The notes beneath the pieces were generated by a model, which made no database searches, was not told where the DNA came from, and was given only the letters and a program-made list of their open reading frames with translations. From positions 620,001 through 684,000 of the forward strand of contig BCKZ01000008.1 of NCBI GenBank assembly GCA_001600815.1: a stretch of DNA of 64,000 nt, read 5' to 3'. Below, piece by piece: positions 36,299 through 48,871 of the stretch. The position numbers and the translations under genes were made by a program. Source of the stretch: Alloascoidea hylecoeti (Eukaryota). Numbering within the stretch: position 1 is the first letter of the stretch; each line of letters opens with the position of its first letter.

Positions 36299-37595
36299 TT
36301 ACTCTAGATCATCTTCAATCATTTCAGGTAATTTAATCATATCAGCACCATTATAAACAATTTGATAGGTAGCTTCAAATAAAGGAAATTCTTTTAATAA
36401 CTTTTTATTCTCTAATAAATCATGAACTTCTTTTGCTGTAATGATACCTTGAGCACTTTGCCCATTAAGTAATTCAATTTCTAATTGTCTTGCAGTTTTA
36501 CCAGTTTTGGCCATTTCTCTACCAATTTTAACATTTCTACCACCATAAGATGTTGTGATTAAATCAGCAACACCACATGATTCTTCAGTAAAAGTTTTTT
36601 GTTGAGATTCTGGGAAAAATAAGAAACTAAATTTAACAGTTTCGACAAGACCTCTTCTCATGATTGCAGATTTTGCATTATCACCCCAACCAAGACCTTC
36701 AACAAATCCAGCTGCTAAAGCAACAACGTTTTTCAAAGCACCTGCTACTGAAACACCAGAAACATCTTCAATAACTCTGACATGGAAGTATTTTCTGTGA
36801 AATAATGCTCTCAATACAGAGTGGTTAACGTCACCATCAAAGTAGTCTGCTGGTAAACGATAAGCGATCGTAGTTTCCGAGTATTTCTCACGAGCAACCT
36901 CTGGCGCCAAATTTGCACCAGATAAGGCACCACAAGTAATTCCTAAATGTGTATGGATATAATCTGATAGTAAATGAACACCATCTTTTTCAACCTCAAG
37001 ACCTTTCAAACAAGAAATAGCTCTTGCCTTTAAAGGAACATTACCCTTCAATTGCTTAACAATATTTGGTAAAAATTGATGAGGAATATTAAAAATGATG
37101 ATATCGGCATCCTTAACGGTATTAACAATACTAGGATCGGCAATCAAATTTCTTGGTAATTTGACTTCAGGTAAATATTTAACATTTTCATGTTCGGTAT
37201 TGATAATGTGGGTTAAAGGTTTTCCATTAATTTTTTCCTCAAAAACCCACATGCGGACCTCTTCTTCAAACAAGTTTGGTTGCTCGAAAGTGTTCTCTGA
37301 AACGACTTTAGCTATCGTTGTGCCCCTGTTGAAAAATATGATTAGTACCGGACCCAACAATTTGCAGCAGGCTTTGACAGATTTGGCAGATTTGCAGATT
37401 TTCAGGGTGCAGATTGCGGTTATAATTAATTAGTGTAACTTACCAGTTTCCCGAGCCAATAACGCACACTCTGAACGGTTTTGAACGGGCAGCCGAGGTT
37501 TTGTTGAGGGCGACCGAGGACAGAGATCTTTGTGTAGAGCCAATGCCCATGTTGAGCAGTCTGTTCTTGGCGGTTTGCAGTGCGGACGAAGACAT
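36299..37595 (-). CDS. GPD1: NAD-dependent glycerol-3-phosphate dehydrogenase; exons 37595-37444, 37325-36299
   Basis: KPFRVCVIGSGNW/GTTIAKVV, LSGANLAPEVA, GALKNVVA. GTAAGT...TACTAAT...CAG intron at 37443-37326. Confidence 0.95.
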
Positions 37596-37867
37596 TCTGT
37601 GACAGCTGACTGACAGTTTTGGTTTCGAGATGACAGGAAAAGACAAAATGAGAAATTTCCTCGACTTAACGTTTTATAAAGTTTTGCAGCCAACAAATAT
37701 GCATATGCATGCACGACCCCGGAAGAAGCAGGGCGCATAAGTGCTGAGGTTGCTGTGTTGTTTGGGTAACCTCCGTGCACCCCTCTTGCTTTTTTTCTTC
37801 CAGTCGACAAAACACAAAAAAGTTGTTTTATTATTATTTTATTGTTTGTTCTGTTTTGGGATGAAAA

Positions 37868-40800
37868 ATGAGTTTCGGAATCAAACCCTCACCACACCCA
37901 CACACCCAGCACGTGCAAGGGTCGGCCCACGTCCACCTCCCCTCCGACGTAGATCAGCTCCAGGTGCTCGTGCTCAGATATAAAGAGCTCGTCGCTGCAA
38001 AAAGTTTGGTGCCAAAGGTCCCTCATGGAATTCAGGTCCCATTTGGCGATACTCCTCTGGACCAGGAGCTCATTTCAATCAAACGTGTTTTGGATAATCT
38101 CGTCTCAGCCCAGAAATTATACGAATCGAAGAGAGACAAAATCTGCAAAATAAAAGAGTCTAGGAAATTGAAATTGAAGCTGAAATCTACCGCGAATCTG
38201 AACTCAGACAAAAATGGAGTTGAACTACTGGGATCTCAACTTTACGCGTTTGCTCTTTTGAGTCATGATATGGATGTTCCAGATGAGACTCTTCAATTCA
38301 TTCAGAAATCTACCATTGACGCTAACTCTCCTACCTTGAATGCCACACTTAGTGATATTTGTGTCCCGTTCACTACGAATTTTGATGGTCGTGTTGAAAT
38401 GGCTGGTCTACCAAATGAAACGAAATTAAAATCAAAATCAAAACCAACTTCTCAAAATTCCAAAGATTCTATAAATAGCTTTGAAATTGCTACTGCTACA
38501 GGCGAGCAACTAATTTCTTTGAAAGTCAATAATCGTATAACATTACTAGAAAAAATCCCATCAAATATTACTACTTTTGATGTGTCTCAAATCGATTTTA
38601 ATCCTCCTGATGAATCCCATAAGTTTGAAGACATTTTAAAAACAAGAGCGCTAACAGAATTAAAATCTCTTCGATTATTAGCAAAACAAAAATTAATACG
38701 TCAATCTTTAATTTTTGGAATAGCTTCAAAACCAAATTTAGAAATCGGTAGTATTATAAATAGATCTTTAAATCAAAGATCTAAATTACATACACCACAA
38801 GTAGCAAGACTTACTGAACAATTAGAATTACAACAAACTTTAGAAAGAGAAAGGAAAGAATCAGCTATTCATAGAAAACAAATTCGTGTAATAACTAATC
38901 ATTCTGCAAATGTTCGTGAAAACTCTCAGTTAATTCGAAATAAAATTGCAAATTTAAGTAAAACTGCCATACAATATCATATTCAAATTGAAAAAGAAGA
39001 ACAAAGAAAATTAGAAAAGACTGCAAAACAGAGATTACAGGCTTTAAAAGCAAATGATGAAGAAGCATATATTAAATTATTAGATCAAACAAAAGATACA
39101 AGATTAACTCATCTATTAAAACAAACAAATGCATTTTTGGATTCTTTAGCACAGGCTGTTAAAGTTCAACAAGCAGAAGTTAGAGATGAAGATAATTTTA
39201 GAGAAGGTTCCTTATTAACTGAATCACATCATGGTGGTGAAGATGATGATGAAGAAAAAGAAAAAATTGATTATTATAAAGTGGCTCATCGTGTTCATGA
39301 GGAAATTAAAGTTCAACCATCAATTCTTGTTGGTGGTACATTAAAAGAATATCAAATAAAAGGTTTAGAATGGATGGTTTCATTGTATAACAATCATTTA
39401 AATGGGATTTTAGCTGATGAAATGGGTCTAGGTAAAACAATTCAATCAATATCATTAATATCTTATTTAATTGAAACTAAAAGACAAAGAGGTCCATATT
39501 TAGTTATTGTACCATTAAGTACTTTAACAAATTGGACTTTGGAATTTGAAAAATGGGCTCCAAGTATTAAAAAAATTGTTTATAAAGGTGCTCCAGCAAT
39601 ACGAAAATCATTTCAAAATGCAATTAGACAAGGTGATTTTCAAGTTTTATTAACAACTTATGAATATATTATAAAGGATAGACCAATTTTATCAAAATTA
39701 AAATGGATTCATATGATTATTGATGAAGGTCATCGAATGAAAAATGCTCAATCAAAATTATCTGCAACTTTAACAAATTATTATCATTCACAATATAGAT
39801 TAATTTTAACTGGTACTCCTTTACAAAATAATTTACCTGAATTATGGGCATTATTAAATTTTGTATTACCAAAAATTTTTAATTCCGTTAAAACCTTTGA
39901 TGATTGGTTTAATACACCATTTGCAAATACAGGAAGTCAAGAGAAATTAGAATTAACTGAAGAAGAAACATTACTTATCATTAGACGTTTACATAAAGTT
40001 TTAAGACCATTTTTATTACGTCGTTTGAAAAAGGATGTTGAAAAAGATTTACCTGATAAAGTTGAAAAAGTTGTTAAATGTAAATTATCCGCTTTACAAT
40101 CAAAATTATATGAACAAATGTTAAAACATAATGCAGTTTTTGTTGGTGATGGTGTAGCTGGTACATCAAGAGGTATTAAAGGTCTTAATAATAAAGTAAT
40201 GCAATTGAGAAAAATTTGTAACCATCCATTTGTTTTTGAAGAAGTTGAAAATGCTATAATGCATAATAATCCTTATGCAACTGATGAATTATGGAGAGTT
40301 TCTGGTAAATTTGAATTATTAGATCGAGTCTTACCAAAATTTAGAGCAACAAATCATCGGGTTTTAATGTTTTTCCAGATGACTCAAATTATGGATATAA
40401 TGGAAGATTATCTTAACTTAAGAGGTATGAAATTTTTAAGATTAGATGGTGGTACAAAATCAGATGATAGATCCGCTTTGTTAAAAGAATTCAATGCTCC
40501 AAATTCAGAATATTTCTGTTTCTTATTAAGTACAAGAGCTGGTGGTCTTGGTCTTAATTTACAAACTGCTGATACTGTTATCATTTATGATACCGATTGG
40601 AATCCTCATCAAGATTTACAAGCACAAGATCGTGCCCATAGAATTGGTCAAAAAAATGAAGTTAGAATTTTAAGATTAATCACTGAAGACTCAGTTGAAG
40701 AAGTTATTTTAGAAAGAGCACATAAAAAATTAGATATTGATGGGAAGGTTATTCAAGCAGGTAAATTCGACAATAAATCAACTGCTGAAGAACAAGAAGC

Positions 40801-41767
40801 TTTTCTTAGATCATTACTTGAAGCTGAGGAAGCAAAACAAAATCAAAATGGAGAAGATGAAGATGAAGATCTTGATGATGATGAATTAAATGAACTTTTA
40901 GCTAGAAATGATGATGAACAAGTTCTTTTCAAAAGAATGGATAAAGAACGATTGGCCGATAAGTCACAACCTATTAATCGACTAATGACATACGATGAAT
41001 TGCCTCCTGTTTTTAAAGAAGATATAAAACAACATTTGGAACCAGTTAAAAATGAATCATTGGGTAGAGGAGCTAGAGAACGTAAAAAGGTTTATTATGA
41101 TGATGGCTTAACTGATGAACAATGGTTAAATGCTATTGATGGTGAAGAAGAGGATGGGATTGAAAAGGCAATTGAAAAGAAACAACGGTCGATCAAAAAG
41201 AGAAGGAGCAATAAAACACAGAGAGATGAATCCGAAAGTAATAACGTTGTGGATGAGTCGAGGGATTCAAGTCTTACTCCGATAGAAACATCAACTCCTC
41301 CAAGTAAACGAAAAAGGTCAAACACAATAAATACCCCATCAATAGATGATAATTTCAAACAGGATAGATCAAATAAAAAGAAAAAGCATAAGAAAAATAG
41401 TCTTTTACCAGATTCTAATAAGAAATTAATGGAAGAATTCAATGATATTATTAATGGTATTACAAATCTTACAGATTCAAATGGTTATATGGTGGCAGAT
41501 TTGTTTTTGGAATTACCAGATAAAACTCTTTATCCTGATTATTATGCTTTAATTAAAGAGCCTATTTCTCTTGATCAAATTCGTCAACGTTTAAACAATT
41601 CCACTTATAATTCAACTAATGATTTTGAATCTGATTTTAAATTAATGTTTAGAAACGCAAGAATATATAATCAAGAAGGAAGTATTGTTTATGAAAATGC
41701 TGGTGTTATAGAAGAATATGTTGTCGAAAGAATTTCTCAATATAAAAATATTATTGGTGAGAACTAA
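37868..41767 (+). CDS. STH1: SWI/SNF-family chromatin remodelling ATPase (RSC Sth1/Snf21-type)
   Basis: HSA region, GILADEMGLGKTIQ, DEGH, QAQDRAHRIGQ and a C-terminal bromodomain (YPDYYALIKEPI...NARIYN). STH1 rather than SNF2 is inferred from size and N-terminus. Confidence 0.85.
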   Translation: MSFGIKPSPHPHTQHVQGSAHVHLPSDVDQLQVLVLRYKELVAAKSLVPKVPHGIQVPFGDTPLDQELISIKRVLDNLVSAQKLYESKRDKICKIKESRKLKLKLKSTANLNSDKNGVELLGSQLYAFALLSHDMDVPDETLQFIQKSTIDANSPTLNATLSDICVPFTTNFDGRVEMAGLPNETKLKSKSKPTSQNSKDSINSFEIATATGEQLISLKVNNRITLLEKIPSNITTFDVSQIDFNPPDESHKFEDILKTRALTELKSLRLLAKQKLIRQSLIFGIASKPNLEIGSIINRSLNQRSKLHTPQVARLTEQLELQQTLERERKESAIHRKQIRVITNHSANVRENSQLIRNKIANLSKTAIQYHIQIEKEEQRKLEKTAKQRLQALKANDEEAYIKLLDQTKDTRLTHLLKQTNAFLDSLAQAVKVQQAEVRDEDNFREGSLLTESHHGGEDDDEEKEKIDYYKVAHRVHEEIKVQPSILVGGTLKEYQIKGLEWMVSLYNNHLNGILADEMGLGKTIQSISLISYLIETKRQRGPYLVIVPLSTLTNWTLEFEKWAPSIKKIVYKGAPAIRKSFQNAIRQGDFQVLLTTYEYIIKDRPILSKLKWIHMIIDEGHRMKNAQSKLSATLTNYYHSQYRLILTGTPLQNNLPELWALLNFVLPKIFNSVKTFDDWFNTPFANTGSQEKLELTEEETLLIIRRLHKVLRPFLLRRLKKDVEKDLPDKVEKVVKCKLSALQSKLYEQMLKHNAVFVGDGVAGTSRGIKGLNNKVMQLRKICNHPFVFEEVENAIMHNNPYATDELWRVSGKFELLDRVLPKFRATNHRVLMFFQMTQIMDIMEDYLNLRGMKFLRLDGGTKSDDRSALLKEFNAPNSEYFCFLLSTRAGGLGLNLQTADTVIIYDTDWNPHQDLQAQDRAHRIGQKNEVRILRLITEDSVEEVILERAHKKLDIDGKVIQAGKFDNKSTAEEQEAFLRSLLEAEEAKQNQNGEDEDEDLDDDELNELLARNDDEQVLFKRMDKERLADKSQPINRLMTYDELPPVFKEDIKQHLEPVKNESLGRGARERKKVYYDDGLTDEQWLNAIDGEEEDGIEKAIEKKQRSIKKRRSNKTQRDESESNNVVDESRDSSLTPIETSTPPSKRKRSNTINTPSIDDNFKQDRSNKKKKHKKNSLLPDSNKKLMEEFNDIINGITNLTDSNGYMVADLFLELPDKTLYPDYYALIKEPISLDQIRQRLNNSTYNSTNDFESDFKLMFRNARIYNQEGSIVYENAGVIEEYVVERISQYKNIIGEN

Positions 41768-41802
41768 CTAATCAATCAACTAACTAATCAATCAACTAAC
41801 TA
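41762..41802 (+). repeat. 16-bp minisatellite at the STH1 stop codon
   Basis: AACTAACTAATCAATC repeated about 2.5 times. Confidence 0.8.
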
Positions 41803-42385
41803 TGAAAGATATTTATTAACAAGATATAAAAAAGAAACTACTCAGCTTCCCAATGAAAAGAAAAGAAAAAAACAAAACATTTATTTATATTTATTTACTA
41901 TTTTTCCATTTCAAGAGAATGTTTTCGTTTTAATTTTAATCTTTTGAATATTATTCTATTGTGTAATTATATAGTATGGTATATATATAAATATATATTT
42001 GCTTTAATAAATAAGCTAATTGTATAGAATTTATTTTGGAGTGAATATTTATTCAAAATCCTTTATTCATATTATAATCATACAAGTTACATGATATATC
42101 ACGTTTGTTTCGCGGGGACGTTACGTAATTAACAAGCATGTGCTGAACTGTAAAATTTAAAAATTAAAACTTTTGAATTTTTTGATTCCTAAATTACACT
42201 AAGAAATAAAATACCTATAAAAGAAACATATACATTTTTCAATTGCAAATATTTATTGTTTATTTTTTCTTTTTTCTTTAATTGATTTGATTCGATTTGA
42301 TTGATTTTGTTGTTTCGCCAAAACATGACTCATCCTTCAATACTTATTAGTTACAAGTTCTTTTTCATGAATGACAAGTGTTAAT

Positions 42386-43354
42386 TTACTCTTCAAAAAC
42401 AGCAGCCTCTTCTCCAATGTATGGCAATTTATATAACCATCCAGAAACCCTTTCATAGACAGTAAATGTAACGGCTTGACCAGGAGCAACTCTCATAATT
42501 CTTGGTGTAATACCCTTATATAAAGCATGGATACCTTCTTGTTTTATAAGCTGGGCACCAATTCTTGTCATTCTTGCTAAGCCAGATTCACTTGACTTAC
42601 CTGCCTCACGTTGCATACGTGTCTTAATAGTATCCAATGGAGCGTTTGATAGTGGACCTAAAGCACCAGAAATCAAACCGATTAAGGATGTTTGCCATGA
42701 TGGTAAAGCATTGACAGATCCGTGGTATTCTTGTAATTTTGCTTTTAGGACTGAATAAACTGTAAAATTAACACCCTGGTTTGAGGCTTGTCTTGCAGCT
42801 GTCAATGTAACACCTCTGTACATTGCTCTTAAACCTTCTTCACGAACAACGGTGTAAGCACAATGTGGGGCATTTCTATATTTAGGTACATCAAGAGGAT
42901 CGGCCATTGAATGATGTTGGGCTTGCAGCCTAATCTTAACAACCTCCATTGGATTAACAACAATAACAGCTTCAGTAATACCAGCACCAACACCAGCAAT
43001 AAAAGTTTGAGGGATTGTAATACTACCATCTGGATTTCTTAATAACGATCTATACCATTCGTATGTGGAGAATCTGATACCCATTTTTGGTACAATACCA
43101 ATCACCACAGCACCGAGACCTTTATATAACCCCAATGCGGTCTCCCGTTTCGCGATCTGGATACCGGTTTTGACAAAACCGAGTTTTGGTAACGGTTTAC
43201 CATCTGGACCAAGAGCACCTTTTTTAGTAAGTTGCATTCTAACCTTGATTGTATCAAGTGGATGACAACATAGGGCTTCGAATAAACCTGCTGTACCACC
43301 AGCAATTAAATCAACGGCTGGATTTATCTTTTTCTGTTTTGTATCTTTGGACAT
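42386..43354 (-). CDS. SFC1: Mitochondrial succinate-fumarate carrier
   Basis: NPAVDLIAGGTAGLFEALCCHPLDTIKVRMQ, YKGITPRIMRVAPGQAVTFTVYE. Confidence 0.94.
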   Translation of the reverse strand: MSKDTKQKKINPAVDLIAGGTAGLFEALCCHPLDTIKVRMQLTKKGALGPDGKPLPKLGFVKTGIQIAKRETALGLYKGLGAVVIGIVPKMGIRFSTYEWYRSLLRNPDGSITIPQTFIAGVGAGITEAVIVVNPMEVVKIRLQAQHHSMADPLDVPKYRNAPHCAYTVVREEGLRAMYRGVTLTAARQASNQGVNFTVYSVLKAKLQEYHGSVNALPSWQTSLIGLISGALGPLSNAPLDTIKTRMQREAGKSSESGLARMTRIGAQLIKQEGIHALYKGITPRIMRVAPGQAVTFTVYERVSGWLYKLPYIGEEAAVFEE

Positions 43355-43596
43355 TATTTATATGACTGTATTTGTATTTCTATGTATTTCAATGTCTTTG
43401 AAGCAAAACTTGAGGAAGGATGAGCCAAAGAAAGTACAAGAAGTAGAGTTGATACAAGTATCGGAATTGAAAAACTGAAGAAGAAAGAAAGAAAGAAAAC
43501 TGTAAAAAAGTCTGGGGTAGAAGGTATTTATATTGAAATATTTAGGTCTCACCGATTTGTCGGCTTGTGTCTCCTGATTACCCGGCCGTGCTGGCC

Positions 43597-43648
43597 CCGG
43601 AGAAACGGACAATCAAAATGTATACCGATTTTGTTGTCCGGAGAAACG
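43597..43648 (-). promoter_or_regulatory. Two CSRE-like (Cat8/Sip4-type) elements upstream of SFC1
   Basis: CCGGAGAAACG at 43597 and 43638. The first reads TCCGTTTCTCCG on the minus strand, one mismatch from YCCRTTNRNCCG. SFC1 is CSRE-regulated in S. cerevisiae. Confidence 0.5.
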
Positions 43649-43983
43649 TTATAATATCACTCTTGAGTCTTGTTGCGGGCCCGAGATCCGTTCGCTTTTG
43701 ATCGTTACTTTGAATCTGAATTTATTGATTTTATGTCTTCAAATCAGATATTACCGATAAACCTCAATTAATAGAATATGGGGAAACCCAACCTTATTTC
43801 TTAAGCATATGATAAACTCCGGTCCACAAAACTAATATCAATTGTTTCATCGGACCATATATAGGGAAACAGAAAGAAATACAACTATAATTACACACGG
43901 CTCTTGGAGGTCTAACGTTCATGTTGGGTACTTACTACTTACCATTAAAGATATATAAAAATAAATATATAGTAATAATTTCT

Positions 43984-45521
43984 TCATTTAAGATAACTCC
44001 TTTTTGGTTTACCTTGTCTGCCATAGAAACCCCAGGCATATTGCTGGGCTTGGAATAAAGTGACACCTAAATCATCGGCCCAACTCCAAACTAAACCTGG
44101 ATTTCTTAAGAAGAATCTGCCAACCATAATCATATCCAGACCTTCTTTGAGTAATTCATCAGCAACCTTGGCGTCATTAATTCTACCAACAGCACTAACC
44201 AAAAGCTTGTCACCGACCACTTCCTTGATTTCTTTAGAATATGGAGCTTGATATGCCATACCTCTACTGTTGGCAAACAAATTCTGATCCTTATTGTTTC
44301 CTAATGAAGAGATATCAATAAGATCAACTTTACCGCCATCAGCAAATTGTTTAGCTAACTTCTTTGAATCTTCCATTGTCCATGATTCTGGATATTTATC
44401 TTTCATATGTTCTAAACCTTCGGTTGCTGAAATACGAACAAATAAAGGCGTTGTTTCTGGAATAACCTCTCTAATTCCATCAATTAATTCAAACAATAAT
44501 CTTGTTCTGTTTTCATAAGAGCCACCATATTTATCTGTCCTTACATTTGTAGCAGGCGACAAAAACTCAGTATTTAAATAACCATGAGCTGCATGAATTT
44601 CAATTACATCAATACCGATATCTGTAGCTCTCTTTGCAGCACTGATAAAGTCTTTCTTCAATTGATCGATTTCTTCTAAAGTTAATTCCTGTGGATTAGG
44701 ATAACGCTCACCGAACTTAATAGCAGATGGTGCTTTAACTTTATCAGGCCACCCACCAACTTCTTCAACAGCAACATCAGCAAAACTAATCCAAGGAGTA
44801 ACAGTACTTGCTTTTCTACCCGCATGAGCTAATTGAATACCACAATATTGACCTTGTGAATGAATAAAATCAACAACTGTTTTTAATGCAGCTGCCTGTT
44901 CATCATTCCATAAACCAAGATCTTCTGGTGAAATTCTTCCTTCAGGAGAAACTGATGTAGCTTCGAAAATGGTTAAACTAGCGCCATGGATAGCAAATGA
45001 TCCATAATGCATTAAGTGCCATGGACTGGCTAGACCATCTTTGGCAGAAGCCATACACATTGGTGGGACCTATATGTGTATTAGTAAACGAGAAAAGGAA
45101 GAATGATAGAAAAAATACATACAGCTATCCTGTTATGTAGTGTGAGACCTCTGATTTTTAATGGTTGGAAAAGAACGGGGACATTCTCGGCATCGGGATC
45201 AACAATTGAACCAATTGGGCCAACTACTCATTATTACTGTTAATAACATTGTATGAAGCAATTGAAAAATCTAATAGCTATAGCTATAAGGAAGCACATA
45301 ACAAATTTCCTACCTTGTTTTGGAGTCCAGTATGATAACTACATCAAAAATAAAATGGGTTGTTAATAAATTGAATATAAATAACAGTTATTAGTAAAAA
45401 TATTAATGATATTACCTACCTCTCCTTCATAACCGGGATTTTCAAGAACAGGAAGTTTTTCAGTTGTATGAGCAACTTCTTTACCGCCCATACCTTGAAT
45501 TGATTCATCACCAGCAGCCAT
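43984..45521 (-). CDS. NADH:flavin oxidoreductase / old yellow enzyme (YqjM-like class); exons 45521-45420, 45338-45314, 45223-45123, 45069-43984
   Basis: LFQPLKIRGLTLHNRIA/VPPMCM, IQLAHAGRKAS, EIHAAHGYL, NVRTDKYGGSYENRTR. Three introns are in frame, including a 25-nt microexon. Confidence 0.9.
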
Positions 45522-48500
45522 TTTGAAAGAAAAATATGTGTATACTTTAAATTGGAATAAGATCGAAAATCTGACGAATCCACAATGACGAGATCTTGAT
45601 AACAAGGGATCAGGAAAGCCTTTTATACTATTTTACTTCCCTAATTAGTAAATACGATCTTATAGCGATATATTATATTATAGGCTAATTATAAGTTTTT
45701 ATTCTTTTTCATTTTTAATAAATAATAATCATCGTATATAAACGTTTCCTTTATATTATTACTTTGTTATAAAGTAGTTTGTATGCATCTACCAATATAA
45801 TCAGACCTAGGTGATTCTCATAACTAAGTAATATGTACCGACAGTACCGTATATATTAGATCTGAAAATTACTTTTAATCTTTTCACGCCAGCGGCCAGT
45901 GTATCATACATCAGGCGTATGTTTAGCACTTTGAAATTATTAATAATAACACTGGCTAACCCTAATATATAAAACCTCCCCTAAATTAGGCTAGGTTTTA
46001 ACTGTTCTATAGGTGCCATTTCTCATGTACAAACACATTAATATATTGGATCTTGAGACAACACCTAATAGTCTTCTTAATACCGCGATTGTAGCAATAA
46101 GCTCTCCTACTCAGGTCAGGACTGGTTAGCTTTCGTATGATGATCTACGTAATTAATATATCTAATACATAATTTATGAACATGATCGATTAAGATGTAC
46201 ATGTAATTACAATTGGACGATTGTGTTAATATAATCAATCGATCTTGGAAAATATAAATTGTAGGGTTTATAAAGTCAGATCAAATCATCTTTAATTAAC
46301 AACCAACAGTTAAATCACTAGTTGATTTTCAATTATATACCATGGCTAATGTTAGCCAGCTATAGTAGCATATATCAAATAGTTATATCGGGGTAAAGAA
46401 GTAGAAAAAGATTATAATGATGAATATTCTCGGTCTTTATGATATATTTGAAATTATTTTATTATTAATGGACTTTAAATCACGTCCAAATTATATTCAC
46501 GTGAAACACGCGTTTTCACATACATTGCGCTTACGTAAGACCCCCACCCCACACTCACTCCTAAGATGCTCACCTAAGTCGTTACTAATATTGAGAGTAG
46601 AATGCGATTCCTGGGCTTAAAAAAGGTGTTAGCCAAAATATGCATATGTGCAGATGCATCGGAAAACGTTTGGACGTGTTATTTGCTTTATTGCACTTAA
46701 TTAATTAGAGTTGGTTTGCAGATGTATAATATGCACTGTTATGCAGAATATACAAAAAATTAATATGGTGCACGTCACTTAAAATGAACAACTTTTTTCT
46801 CGCGCGAAATTTTAGGCTCCAAAGTTATGCATGCAACTGTACATACTACGCCATAAGGAAATATTTCAGCATACATATTGATGCACTCATCTAGATAAAG
46901 TATTATTGCAGTTTTGCACGTGATGGATGTAATTTCATGCAAACGTGTCCTAATTGTATGGTACTTAGTTAAGAAATAGGGACAATTCATTTGATCACAG
47001 AGAAGTGCAAAAGTTAATTTGATGAGGAAACATTTAATTTGGTAGTTATCTACCTTCGATCGTCTTTAATATATAATTATAATGAAAGTGATTTTGGTGG
47101 TGTGGTGACATTTTCTGCGGAGGGTGTTTAAATTTTTTGATTTTTTTGAAAGTTGTTCATTTTTAGTGACGCACACAATATAAGGAATCTAAACTGATCT
47201 ATTATCGTATATATTATCTATATTGTGTTTTTTTGCTATAAACACTGGACAGGCTTTACCTAAAATCACCCAATATTAATGTTGTTGATAATACAATTGC
47301 AATATTTGCAAAGTGTTACTTGACAATTCATAAGATTAAGTATAATGCTTTGTTTGTGATTAAGCAAGTCCAAATGGAAACGTACAGTTTTGAACTTGTT
47401 TTGAACTTGTTTTTCATTGTTTTCAAAATGAAGAGGTAGTATTGGCTGTGAAATTTTTTTTTGTAAGAAGCTCTTGGAACAGTAGTGTTTTCCTTTGTTA
47501 AGTATTTGAAAATCATACTCGAGCTCTTCTTTTGGATATTTGATCGGTTCTTGCTTTATGATAAAAAAGTGAAAATCAGTTCTCTTCATGTATTGAAATT
47601 TACGTATAATCGCAATAATAATACATGTACGTATGAGGTATAAAATGCTATGAATTTAGCATTGAATAAGTATAGGGTCTATAATTGAAAATCATACATA
47701 TATAAAATGAATATTGGTAAATTTGATTTAAAATAAAATATGGATGCCATAGTAATAAGCATAACATGTAAAACATTTTTTTAAATAGGCAATTATTAAT
47801 TAATAATAAAATCATCTTATGATGATATATTTCAACAGATCTAATACAAAATCTTTTACTCAATATTAATGTGACCATGGGGAATCAAAGGAGATTCACC
47901 CAACTATCAAACACATTATCTGAGGTCGGGCTTAATATGATTTATTACTGTTACATAATCAATGCTGGAAATTTTTTGGAAAGAACTTTAGTTTACATAT
48001 AGCACTGGATTTACCCAAGATTTTGAGAGACATATTATCAGACTTAAGGACGCTTTAAACATTTGGGACTGTTATCATACGTCAATTAATATCAAACGGT
48101 CGAGCACTACTCAAAAATTGCCACAACGCTACCTCGTTTCCAAACTCCCATATAACTAAAGATGATTAACCTTATACTTAGAGTAATCGCCCATACTCCA
48201 ATAATGAAAGAGATTTCCATTTGAATATTTAACTATTGAACGGTTTTCCTAATCAATTAACTTTGAAGTCAGTTTGGAGACACTTGCTTTCTCGTAGAAG
48301 TATCCTGTTAGCTACATAATTGCTTTATTGATTCCCGAATAACATATATTTTTCATTATTAAAACGAAGATAAATATATTTAGACTGCAGCTGATTGATA
48401 TTAACTCTAATGCCTGTAGGAAAAACCTTATATTATATATAATCAATATTAATCTCATTTTGATTGAGAACGCCCTCTAGAATAGAATATTAATTGAGCT

Positions 48501-48871
48501 TTGATACCTTAAGCCCTTTAGGATACCGAAAGTTGATGTCATACAATAAAGCTGGACTTCGACTGGTCACGGCTCATGTGAATCACCATCCAGAAAATGA
48601 AAATTTATATCAAAATTAGTACCAATTGCAAGGTATTAATAAAAAAAACTTTTGGATTATCTACACAGCTATAGTCCTTAGCGATTTAATTTCTGATTGT
48701 ATCCAAGTAACTATAGAACCTGAAGATTAATATTTTATATAGCCATATATAGATAAGAAACAACAACAACAAAAAAACAATCAACAAATAAATTAAACAA
48801 TTATGATTATTATAAATATATAAATATGCCAGAGTTTCTATATTACTCACACTCCATCGATGAATCTGGTT

